Positions 29,460 through 37,247 of a DNA stretch of 37,247 bases are shown here, piece after piece (the stretch's first letter is position 1; each line of letters opens with the position of its first letter). The position numbers and the translations under genes are program-made. Below the pieces are notes generated by a model, which was not told the origin of the DNA, did not search any database, and worked only from the letters and a program-made list of their open reading frames with translations. Source of the DNA: Planctomycetota bacterium. GTDB taxonomy: Bacteria; Planctomycetota; UBA1135; UBA2386. Location: the NCBI GenBank assembly GCA_040375075.1, contig JBEITC010000003.1, positions 1 to 37,247 on the forward strand, written 5' to 3'.

Positions 29460-30046
29460 ATCGCCCCCACGACCCCGCCCACGGCACGCCGCCGGAATGC
29501 CGCGCCTTCCGCGCTTCGCTGGAGGCAACGGCCGAAGCGCCGCATGCGCGCGCCTGCGCAGCCTGCGCTGCCGCGATGGCGCTGCGCCAAGGCCTGACCA
29601 GCGCTCTGCGCCGCGCGCCGACGCCGCCGCCGGCGCTGGCATCGCGCGAGTTCCTCGCTGGGGTCCACGAGCGCATCGTCGCCGGCATCGAAGCCGCCAG
29701 CTCGCTGGCGCCGAAGATCGCCGAGCCCATCGAGACTCCGGCCGCGCCGCTGCGCGCCGCCCTCGGCGACCAACTCGCGCGCGCGTTGGCGACGCCTCCG
29801 ACCTCGCCCGGTGAAGGTCGTTGGCAGGACGTGCGACGCGCCGTCATCGACGACATCGCCAGCCGTCGCGCCGCGCGCACGCGCATCGCCGTGTGGGTCG
29901 GTTTGGCCGGCGCAGCGGCTGCGGCCATGTTCCTCGTGGTCGGCCCTGGCTCCGACCGCGTCGCCGTTCCGACCATCGTCTTCGCCGACCTTTCCTCCGC
30001 CCCATCCGGCGACTTCACGGTCGTTCGCCGCGGCGCCGATCGCTGA
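29456..30046 (+). CDS. Zinc-binding (ZAS-type) membrane anti-sigma factor
   Basis: ATGA overlap with the sigma gene; C...HARACAAC (HxxxCxxC); single TM near the C-terminus. Confidence 0.8.
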   Translation: MNRPHDPAHGTPPECRAFRASLEATAEAPHARACAACAAAMALRQGLTSALRRAPTPPPALASREFLAGVHERIVAGIEAASSLAPKIAEPIETPAAPLRAALGDQLARALATPPTSPGEGRWQDVRRAVIDDIASRRAARTRIAVWVGLAGAAAAAMFLVVGPGSDRVAVPTIVFADLSSAPSGDFTVVRRGADR

Positions 30047-30095
30047 CCCGCCCCTACTTTCCCTGTTTCGAGCAACCGATAGCATCCGTTCCACC

Positions 30096-31145
30096 ATGCG
30101 CCTCGTCTGCAACTCCGTGATCCGCAGTGCCCTGCGCGCGCTGGCCGTGGTGGCCGCCGCGACGGTGGCCCCGGTCGCGGTTGCGGTCGCGCAGGCGGAC
30201 CAAGCGGCTGCCCTGCCGTCGCTGCAGTCGATCGATCAGGCGCAGCGCAGCCAGGACTACACGGCGATCCAGGTCCGCCGGTTCGTGACGCCGGCCACGC
30301 CCGGCGCGCCCGCCTCGGTGACCAGCGTGCGCGAACGGCTCGAAGTCGCCGCCAACGGCAGCGCCAAGCCCACCTTCGCGTTGACGTTCCTCGGCGTCGA
30401 AGGCGAGCCTGCCGGTTCGCCGCTGCAGCTGAAGTGGCAGCAGACGTACGCGCGCCACGGCGCGCAGTTCTTCGCGCACGGCAGCTTCCGCGTCCGCGAC
30501 CTGCAGGTGGCGAGCGCCAACTACACGACCCACGACTTCGGTCCGGTCACGCGCGCCGGACGCACGGCCCGCCGGCTGGTGGTGTTCCCGACGTCGGTCG
30601 ACAAGTCGATCTGGCTGGTCGAGATCGACGACGCCACCGCCGTCAGCCTCTACGCCGCCGAGTTCGACTCGCACCTGAACCTGCTGGCCGAGGTCGAGGC
30701 AGTGAGCTTCACCGACGCCGTCGGCACGTTCATGCCGCAGGCGTCGACCGCCGCGGCCGTGACCGACTTCGTCGCCGGCAAGTCCGCCATGGGCGATCCG
30801 GTCGGCCTCGTCGAGCCGATCCTGGCGGCGACGAGCGAGTACAGCCTGGACCGCGTCGAGGTGCAGAACGACCCGCTCAACGGCTCCTGGAAGATGACGC
30901 TGACGTACACCGACGGCGTCGACCAGTTCGTCGTCGTGCAGTCGCCCGGCACGCCGGACGCCTTCGCCGCCCTGCCGGGCAAGGCCAATGGCGGTGCGGT
31001 CATCGGCCGGTTCCGCGACGCGGCGATGTCCGCCCTGGTGTTCTGGGAAGGCGGCGTCTCCTTCCAGGTCGCTGGCCGCGGCTCCCTGCGCCGCCTGGAC
31101 GACCTCGCGAAGAGCGTCTACCTCCAGGCGCTTTCGAGCAACTGA
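30096..31145 (+). CDS. RseB/MucB-like periplasmic regulator
   Basis: Signal peptide; RAGRTARRLVVFP, VEIDDATAVSL and LTYTDGVDQFVVVQ resemble RseB/MucB; third gene after sigma and anti-sigma. Confidence 0.72.
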   Translation: MRLVCNSVIRSALRALAVVAAATVAPVAVAVAQADQAAALPSLQSIDQAQRSQDYTAIQVRRFVTPATPGAPASVTSVRERLEVAANGSAKPTFALTFLGVEGEPAGSPLQLKWQQTYARHGAQFFAHGSFRVRDLQVASANYTTHDFGPVTRAGRTARRLVVFPTSVDKSIWLVEIDDATAVSLYAAEFDSHLNLLAEVEAVSFTDAVGTFMPQASTAAAVTDFVAGKSAMGDPVGLVEPILAATSEYSLDRVEVQNDPLNGSWKMTLTYTDGVDQFVVVQSPGTPDAFAALPGKANGGAVIGRFRDAAMSALVFWEGGVSFQVAGRGSLRRLDDLAKSVYLQALSSN

Positions 31146-31166
31146 GCCGTCGCACGACCTCGACCG

Positions 31167-31207
31167 CGTCGCAGCGCCGCGACGGCAACCGTCGCAGCCG
31201 CGCGACG
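31167..31207. promoter_or_regulatory. Tandem palindromes CGTCGC-N6-GCGACG (candidate enhancer/UAS)
   Basis: Copies at 31167-31184 and 31190-31207, 23 bp apart, upstream of a -24/-12 promoter. Confidence 0.4.
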
Positions 31208-31278
31208 GTCCACGGTTCGAGTTGGGACTTCCTTCGCCGATCCGCCCATGCCATCGCGCTGACGCGCGCCGGCGCCGC

Positions 31279-31296
31279 TTGGCACACCGCGTGCTA
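31279..31296 (+). promoter_or_regulatory. Putative sigma54 (-24/-12) promoter
   Basis: TTGGCAC-ACCGC-GTGCTA; GG (31281) and GC (31293) separated by exactly 10 bp; ATG at 31315. Confidence 0.65.
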
Positions 31297-31314
31297 CCCA
31301 GTCCTCGTCAACCC

Positions 31315-31734
31315 ATGGACAACTCGAACGACAACGCCCCCAAGTTGCCGGACATGCTGAGCTCGCTGGAGTACCGCTCCCGGCTCGCGACCAAGCTCAA
31401 CTGCCTGATCGCCGTGCTGGAAGTCGCCATCGGCAAGATCACCAAGAGTCTCGACGTGCCCGGCGCCAACGAGGAACGCCTGCTGAAGATCCGCGGCAAC
31501 CTCGAGAACACCCTCTCGATCTGCCACCGCGCCAAGCAGACGCTCGACAAGGCCTCCTCGCCGACGGCTTCCCCGGCCAAGGCGGAGACCAAGGCGTCGA
31601 TGACCGCGCGCGACTACGTCGAACTCACCAGCATCGACGAATACCGGAAGTTCCGGACCATGGAGCCGATCACCCGCGACCAGTTGTCGCAGGTCGACCT
31701 CGAAGAACTCGCCCGCAAGCTGCTGGGCGGCTGA
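31315..31734 (+). CDS. Hypothetical helical protein (139 aa)
   Basis: Balanced amino-acid composition and strong codon bias from MDNSND; no recognised family. Confidence 0.8.
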   Translation: MDNSNDNAPKLPDMLSSLEYRSRLATKLNCLIAVLEVAIGKITKSLDVPGANEERLLKIRGNLENTLSICHRAKQTLDKASSPTASPAKAETKASMTARDYVELTSIDEYRKFRTMEPITRDQLSQVDLEELARKLLGG

Positions 31735-31839
31735 AGTGCGGATGCGCCGATGCCGCCGGCCGCTCGGCGGCCCCGGCCAGCGCCCCTGATCGCGGGCGCA
31801 AACGTCCGCGCCATGCGGACTTCATGAGGGAGTCCCCGA

Positions 31840-33144
31840 ATGCCGATGCCGCAATGGAACGGCATGAACACGGCACACGCGGGGAAGAACGGGACGCTCG
31901 CCGGCAAGGCGCGCGTCGCCTTGCTCACCAAGGACCACGGCTCGGCGCTGGCCACTGCGCTGACGCGCGAAGGGCACGAGCTCTTCGAATGCGAGACGTG
32001 GCAGGATCTCGGCGCAGCCGCGTTCGACCTGATCCTGTGCGACGCCGCGACCGCCACGACGCAGACGGCGACGACCGACTGCCCGGTGCTCTTCGTCGGC
32101 AACGGCGAGGGCACGCCCGCGGAGCGCACGTTCACGGCCGAGGCGATCGAGTCCGGCCTCGATGCGATCCTGTCGCTGGCCGTCGCGCTCGCCGAGACGG
32201 CGAAGCGCTGCGAAGAGCTCGAGTCGCTGCTGCAGGGCCTGCACACGGGCTCGGCGCTGGTCGGCGCGACGCCGGTCATGCGCCGCCTGCAGGGCACGAT
32301 CAGCCGCGCCGCGGACTGCGACCTGACGACGCTGGTGCAAGGTCCGACGGGCTCCGGCAAGTCGCTGGTCGCCCGCATGATCCACGCCAAGAGCCGCCGC
32401 GCGACCAACGCGCTGACGACGCTCAACGCCGCCGGCGCGACCACCGAGACGCTGGCCGCCGCGCTGGAGCAGGCGCGCAACTCGACGCTCGTCATCGAGG
32501 ACGTCGAGAAGCTGTCCACCACCGCCCAGGCGCTGCTGGTCAAGAACCTGAAGGAGCGCACGCCGGCCACCGCCGCGACGGCGCCGCGCATCGTCGCCAC
32601 CACGTCCGCGCACCTGACCGACCTGATTCCCCGCGGCACGTTCCGCGAGGACCTGTGCCTGCGCCTGCACGGCCTGCCGATCCAGGTGCCGGGCCTCCAC
32701 GAGCGCCTGGACGACGTCGGACTGCTGGCCCAGGCGGCGCTCGAAGCGACCACCGGCGGCAAGCGCACGCTCACGGCCGAGGCCGTCGCGCAGCTGATGA
32801 CGATGACCTGGCCGGGCAACGTCACCCAGCTGCAAGCCACGGTGCAGCGCGCCGCCCTGCAGAGCAACGGCGGCACGATCCAGCGCGAACACCTGACGGC
32901 TTCGACCACGCCGGTCGCGACGACGAACGAGACGACGACCCGCGCGACGACGACCACGACGACGCGCGCCGAGACCGAGCTCACCGAGGCCGACGTCCTG
33001 CCGTTCGAGCAGGAAGAACGCCGCCTGCTGGCGCGCGCCCTGCGCGCGACCAAGGGCCAGGTCCGCCGCGCGGCGCAGCTGCTCGGCATCGGCCGCGCGA
33101 CCCTGTACCGCAAGATCCAGCAGTACCAGCTGCCGCTGCGCTGA
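31840..33144 (+). CDS. Atypical NtrC/Fis-family AAA+ regulator lacking GAFTGA
   Basis: GAGGGAG RBS; degenerate REC-like N-terminus; GPTGSGKS, FREDL and WPGNV; Fis HTH (RAAQLLGIGRATLYRKI). Confidence 0.88.
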   Translation: MPMPQWNGMNTAHAGKNGTLAGKARVALLTKDHGSALATALTREGHELFECETWQDLGAAAFDLILCDAATATTQTATTDCPVLFVGNGEGTPAERTFTAEAIESGLDAILSLAVALAETAKRCEELESLLQGLHTGSALVGATPVMRRLQGTISRAADCDLTTLVQGPTGSGKSLVARMIHAKSRRATNALTTLNAAGATTETLAAALEQARNSTLVIEDVEKLSTTAQALLVKNLKERTPATAATAPRIVATTSAHLTDLIPRGTFREDLCLRLHGLPIQVPGLHERLDDVGLLAQAALEATTGGKRTLTAEAVAQLMTMTWPGNVTQLQATVQRAALQSNGGTIQREHLTASTTPVATTNETTTRATTTTTTRAETELTEADVLPFEQEERRLLARALRATKGQVRRAAQLLGIGRATLYRKIQQYQLPLR

Positions 33145-33175
33145 TCGCCGCGGCGCCGCCGCTATCCTGCGGCGG

Positions 33176-33809
33176 ATGGCCGACGTGCCGATCCTCTTCC
33201 GCGACGACCGCCTCGTGGTCGTCGACAAGCCGGCGGGCACGCTCGTGGTGCCGGCCCCCGGACGCCGCGGGGAAACGCTCGTCGACCGGCTGACGCGCGA
33301 GCTCGGCCGGCGCGCCCTGGCCGTGCACCGGCTCGACGAGGACACGACCGGCGCCATGGTGTTCGCGCTCGACGACGAGACGCGCGCGGCGATGGAGGAA
33401 CTGTTCCGTCGCCACGAAGTGGCCCGCGAGTACCTCGCGCTCGCGTCCGCGGCGCCATCGCCGCCGGCCGGCCGCGTCGAGTCGCAACTGGTCGAGGGCG
33501 ACGACGGCATCGTCCGCGTGGCGGCGCGCGGCGGCCAACGTGCGGTCACGCACTACGAGACCATCGCGCGGCGAGGCCGCTGCACGCTGCTGCGCTGCCA
33601 GCTCGAAACCGGCCGCCGCAACCAGATCCGCGCGCACCTCGCGGCGCTCGGCTGCCCGCTGGCAGGCGACCGCAAGTACGGCTTCCGCGCGCGGCGACGA
33701 GCGCTTCCCGCGGGTCATGCTGCACAGCTGGCGACTGCGCTTCGCGCATCCGTTCGCCGCGCCGGCGGTCGTCGCCGAAGCGCCGCCCGAAGCCGCGCTC
33801 GCGCCGTGA
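33176..33809 (+). CDS. RluA-family RNA pseudouridine synthase; frameshift near 33690
   Basis: VVDKPAG, HRLDEDTTG, ETGRRNQIRAH and GDRKY; the conserved MLHSWRLRFAHP end lies in the +1 frame, which stops at 33809. Confidence 0.88.
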
Positions 33810-33843
33810 ACGGAAGCGCGCGACGCAGTACCATCGCGCGCGC

Positions 33844-35193
33844 GTGAGGGTGCCCATCGAATTCTCCGAGCGTTCCCTGCTCGCGTTCCTGGCGAGCACG
33901 CGCCTGCCCGTCGTGGCGCGCCTTGGCGCGTGGATCGACGGGCTCGCGCTCGCCGGCGCCGGCGCCTGCGGGGCCGTGGCCCTCGCTTCGCTCGCCTTCG
34001 TGCACGACGGCTTCTGGTCGCCGTCCGCGCCGCTCTCGGGCGCCGCCCCGACGCTCGCCGCGATGCCGTGCTTCCTGCTGGCGTGGTGGATGCGGCGTCG
34101 TGAACGCGTGCAGCGCGCGGCGACGCTGCTGCTCGTCGCCTGCGCGCTGCTCGGCGCGCTCGCGAGCTGGCCACGCGGCATGATCGACGCCGCGTGGTAC
34201 GCGCAACCGGCGATCGCGGCCGTCGCCGGTCTGGCCCTCGGCGTGGCGCCGGGCCTGCTGCTCGCCGTCGGCGCCGCGGCCACGCTGCTGCTGGCCGGAC
34301 GCCTCGCGCCGATCCCGCCGGCGCTCGTCGCCGCCGAGCCGCTGTTCGCGGCGCACTCGCTGGCGCTGGCAGCCGTCTCGCTCGCGCTGGCCCTGGTCGG
34401 CGCGATCGCCAACCGCCTGCTCTACGTCGCGCTGCTGACGGCGCAGGCCGAACGCCGCGACGCGCTCGAGTCGACGCACGCGCTGCGGCGCCGCGAGAAG
34501 CTGCTGCGCCATGCGCTGCGCGTCGACACCGTCGGCGAGCTCGCGGGCATGGTGTGCCACCAGTTGCGCAACACCTTCCAGGTGCTGATGGGCCACGTCA
34601 CGCTCGGCGCGATCGCCGACGACGAGGAACGGCGGCGTCGGCTCGAGATGATCGAGCAGACCGTCGAACAGGCGAAGCCGCTGCTCGATCAGCTGATGCG
34701 ACTGTCGCATCCGGACGATGGCGCGGTCGCGGAGATCGACGTCGCCGACGCCGTGCGCCGCTTCCTCGAGCACGCCACCCACGTGTTGCCGAGCAACATC
34801 CGGATCGCCAGCGACATCGCGCCGGAGCCGGCGCGCGCGACGATCGACCCGCAAGCGCTGCAGCACGCGCTGTGGAACCTCGCGATCAACGCGCGGCAGG
34901 CGATCACCGGCGAAGGCACGATCACCGTGCGCTGCCGCCGCACGACCGGCGCGGTCGTCATCGAGGTCGGCGACACCGGCTGCGGCATGCCGGTCGAGGT
35001 GCAGCGCCGCATCTTCGACCCGTACTTCACGACGAAGCCGGCGGGCCAGGGCACCGGACTCGGTCTCACCGCCGTCGCGCGCTTCGTGCGCAGCAGCCAC
35101 GGCGAGATCTCGGTCGACAGCGAGGTCGGGCGCGGCACGACCTTCCGCCTGCTGCTGCCGACGAACGTCGGACGACTCGGCGCCTACGCCTGA
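33844..35193 (+). CDS. Membrane sensor histidine kinase
   Basis: Several TM segments; H-box GELAGMVCHQLRN; NLAINARQA, DTGCGM, FDPYFTTK and GTGLGL. Confidence 0.93.
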   Translation: MRVPIEFSERSLLAFLASTRLPVVARLGAWIDGLALAGAGACGAVALASLAFVHDGFWSPSAPLSGAAPTLAAMPCFLLAWWMRRRERVQRAATLLLVACALLGALASWPRGMIDAAWYAQPAIAAVAGLALGVAPGLLLAVGAAATLLLAGRLAPIPPALVAAEPLFAAHSLALAAVSLALALVGAIANRLLYVALLTAQAERRDALESTHALRRREKLLRHALRVDTVGELAGMVCHQLRNTFQVLMGHVTLGAIADDEERRRRLEMIEQTVEQAKPLLDQLMRLSHPDDGAVAEIDVADAVRRFLEHATHVLPSNIRIASDIAPEPARATIDPQALQHALWNLAINARQAITGEGTITVRCRRTTGAVVIEVGDTGCGMPVEVQRRIFDPYFTTKPAGQGTGLGLTAVARFVRSSHGEISVDSEVGRGTTFRLLLPTNVGRLGAYA

Positions 35194-35200
35194 GGGGCTG

Positions 35201-35260
35201 GCTGCCTGCGGCTGCTAGCGGCTGCCAGCGGCTGCCAGCGGCTGCCAGCGGCTGCCAGCA
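35201..35260. repeat. 10-bp tandem repeat, 6 copies
   Basis: Consensus GCTGCCAGCG, between convergent genes. Confidence 0.92.
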
Positions 35261-35283
35261 ACCTGACCAGCAACCTCCCAGCG

Positions 35284-35610
35284 TCAGAGGCTGATCGGAC
35301 GCCCCAGGCGCCGCGTCAGGACCTCGCCGAGCACGGTCGGCAGGGCGCCGCGGCCCTTGGTGTCGATCCACTGGCCCTGGGCATCCAGGGAGAAATGCCA
35401 AGCCGAGGCGCCCTCGGCGAGCCAGAGCTGGTTGGCGGCAGCCTGCCGGTTGAGGACGCAGTTCCGTTTGTCCGCAAACGCGATCTTGAGCACGCCGCCG
35501 GACAGGTCGGCTTCAAGCTCGTCGGGGTCGAAGCGGTCGAGCGCTGCCAGCAAGCGCTGGAAGCACTCGTCGGCCCGCCGCAGGAAGTCCTGGTCACCGC
35601 TCGGTGTCAT
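35284..35610 (-). CDS. cyaY: Iron donor protein CyaY (frataxin family)
   Basis: Acidic helix 1, GGVLKIAF, VLNRQ...QLWLA, WHF and W motifs; 108 aa from MTPSG. Confidence 0.88.
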   Translation of the reverse strand: MTPSGDQDFLRRADECFQRLLAALDRFDPDELEADLSGGVLKIAFADKRNCVLNRQAAANQLWLAEGASAWHFSLDAQGQWIDTKGRGALPTVLGEVLTRRLGRPISL

Positions 35611-35708
35611 CGGCGCGCATGGTGGGATGCACGGGCTCGCGGCGCCAGAGGTGGCTTGCGGTCGCGTGCCGCGAGCCGCCAGCGGGTCACGTCGCACGAC
35701 GTGCGCGC

Positions 35709-35750
35709 AAAAAAAGAGTGGCCGGCGATTCTCTCCCAGAATCGCCGGCC
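35709..35750 (-). terminator. Intrinsic terminator
   Basis: Perfect 13-bp stem GGCCGGCGATTCT/AGAATCGCCGGCC followed by ACTC and T7 on the minus strand. Confidence 0.8.
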
Positions 35751-35843
35751 CCGGGGCCCCGGTCGCGCAGTTTGCCCTCTCGATCAGCGCCAGCTTCCTT
35801 GCGGTTGCCAGCGCCGCGCGGCCGGGACCACTCGTCCCATGCA
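35709..35843 (-). ncRNA. Candidate structured small RNA (about 135 nt)
   Basis: Bounded by an ECF-like promoter and a terminator; contains a GNRA-capped stem with G-U pairs and a GGGAC/GTCCC hairpin. Confidence 0.4.
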
Positions 35844-35848
35844 TCATG

Positions 35849-35875
35849 TAGACGTCGGAGAGGGCAGAACTTTCC
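35849..35875 (-). promoter_or_regulatory. Putative ECF promoter GGAAA-N17-GTCTA
   Basis: Minus strand GGAAAgttctgccctctccgacGTCTA with sigmaE-like spacing. Confidence 0.45.
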
Positions 35876-35971
35876 AAGTGCGTGCAGATTTTTGTGCACG
35901 CTTTTGAGGTGCGCGCCGGCGCATACGCCGAACGACCCAGGCGCGCCTCCGCGCAACGACGGCGCTTTCGG

Positions 35972-36961
35972 TCAGCCGCGCCGCTCGGCGACGACGCGCC
36001 AATCGGCGATGAGGTCCGCGACGCGCACGCCTTCGGCCTCGGCCTCGAAGTTGAGCAGCACGCGATGACCGAGCGCTTGCTGCAGGCACGCGTCGATGTC
36101 GGCGCGCACCACCGCCGGACGGCCGGCGAGCAGCGCGCGCGCCTTGGCGCCGAGCACGATCGCCTGGCCCGCGCGCGCGCTCGCGCCGTAGCGGACGAAT
36201 CGCCGCGTGCGCTCGCCGGCTTCGGCGCGATCGGGATGCGTCGCGAGCACGAGGTCGGCGACGAACCTCAGCAGGTGGCTGCCGCAGAGCACGTCGCGCA
36301 CGAGCGCTTGCAGCGCGCCGAGATCGGCCGGCGCCATGCGCGAGACCTCGGCCCCGGCCGGCGCGCCCGTCGTCGCCGCGAGGATCGCCGTCATCGCCTC
36401 GGCGGACGGCGTGCGCACGTCGAGCCGGAACAGGAAGCGGTCGAGTTGCGCCTCCGGCAGCGGGAAGGTGCCTTCCAGCTCGACGGGGTTCTGCGTCGCG
36501 ACGACGTGGAACGGCTGCGGCAGCGCGTGGGTGACGCCAGCGACGGTCACCGAGCGCTCCTGCATGGCTTCGAGCATCGACGACTGGGTCTTGGGCGTCG
36601 CGCGATTGATCTCGTCGGCCAGCACGAGGCCGGCGAACACCGGCCCCGGCTGGAAGCGGAAGCGCCGGCTGCCGCCATCCTCGTCGATGACCTGCGTGCC
36701 GGTGACGTCGCTCGGCATCAGGTCCGGCGTGAACTGGATGCGCGCGAACTCGAGGCCGAGGCCAAGGGCCAGCGAGCGGACCAGCAGCGTCTTGCCAAGG
36801 CCGGGCAGGCCCTCGAGCAGCACGTGCCCGCCGGCGAGCAGGGCGACCAGCAGGTCGTCGATCAGCGCCTCCTGACCGATCACCTGGGCGCGCAGTTGGG
36901 CGCGCAGCGTCTCGACCTTGGGCAGGAGTTCGGCGGCGCGCTTCTGGGGATCGTCGGCCAT
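35972..36961 (-). CDS. MoxR-family AAA+ ATPase
   Basis: HVLLEGLPGLGKT, RIQFTPDLMPSD, LADEINRA, ATQNPVELEGTFPLPEAQLDRF. Confidence 0.95.
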   Translation of the reverse strand: MADDPQKRAAELLPKVETLRAQLRAQVIGQEALIDDLLVALLAGGHVLLEGLPGLGKTLLVRSLALGLGLEFARIQFTPDLMPSDVTGTQVIDEDGGSRRFRFQPGPVFAGLVLADEINRATPKTQSSMLEAMQERSVTVAGVTHALPQPFHVVATQNPVELEGTFPLPEAQLDRFLFRLDVRTPSAEAMTAILAATTGAPAGAEVSRMAPADLGALQALVRDVLCGSHLLRFVADLVLATHPDRAEAGERTRRFVRYGASARAGQAIVLGAKARALLAGRPAVVRADIDACLQQALGHRVLLNFEAEAEGVRVADLIADWRVVAERRG

Positions 36962-37012
36962 GCGGATGCGGGAAGCGGCAAGCGTAGCTTGGCCGCGCAC
37001 GCAGGCCAGACG

Positions 37013-37247
37013 ATGATGCGGCCGATGCGCGAAGGTCGCTGGAGCGTGCTGCCCTTGCTGTTCGTCGCCGCGTGCGCTGGCGCGTCGCCGGATCCGCGCG
37101 CTGCCAGCGTCGACGACCTGCCGCCTGCCGCGGCCGACGCGGCCGAACGCGCCCAGGCGCTCGAACTCGCCACGCGGGCGGTCGCCGCCTGGCGCTCGAC
37201 GCGGACCACGGAGGCCGCCGGGCTCGCCGACGAGGCGCTCGCGCGCG
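37013..37247 (+). CDS. Partial lipoprotein, truncated by the window end
   Basis: MMRPMREGRWSVLPLLFVAAC lipobox-like signal followed by an Ala-rich helix; open to the end; start could be 37025. Confidence 0.55.
   Translation, partial: MMRPMREGRWSVLPLLFVAACAGASPDPRAASVDDLPPAAADAAERAQALELATRAVAAWRSTRTTEAAGLADEALAR

Noticed and set aside
32900-32970. ACG-rich repeat in the regulator gene, and similar runs at 7648-7665 and 25645-25690
   Set aside because: They encode ordinary low-complexity Thr, Asp or Pro linkers and tails
35787-35814. SRP (4.5S) RNA, because CCGCAAGGAAGC resembles domain IV
   Set aside because: The conserved CAGG/AGCA internal loop is missing; kept only as an unknown RNA candidate
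35611-35877. N-terminal extension of CyaY in the 197-aa ORF
   Set aside because: It runs through a strong terminator, and frataxin similarity begins at ATG 35610

Overview
Very GC-rich bacterial window, probably from an uncultured planctomycete (inferred from the ECF/Ser-Thr kinase pair and the secreted-protein architectures). It holds about 28 CDS and one tRNA-Arg(CCG); most of the supplied long ORFs are GC shadow frames. Housekeeping genes: purM, lexA, an RluA-family synthase, cyaY and a MoxR ATPase. Secreted hydrolases: a gluzincin, a beta-propeller phosphoesterase and a thermolysin-like protease. Also present are an M61 peptidase, a small glycan-modification cluster and an rpoE-rseA-rseB-like operon. 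The best candidate for a new system is 16.1-23.3 kb. There an ECF sigma factor and a Ser/Thr kinase flank two exported proteins that together look like a split vitellogenin/MTP-type large lipid transfer protein, and both genes carry the same bipartite upstream motif GCGAACAG-N13-GTCGCT. Other leads: a sigma54 promoter with tandem enhancer-like palindromes in front of a GAFTGA-less activator, a probable ECF-driven structured sRNA at 35.7-35.9 kb, candidate direct-repeat SOS boxes with a small membrane protein before lexA, and repeated leaderless gene starts. Two frameshifts may be assembly errors. All calls come from reading motifs by eye; no searches were run.
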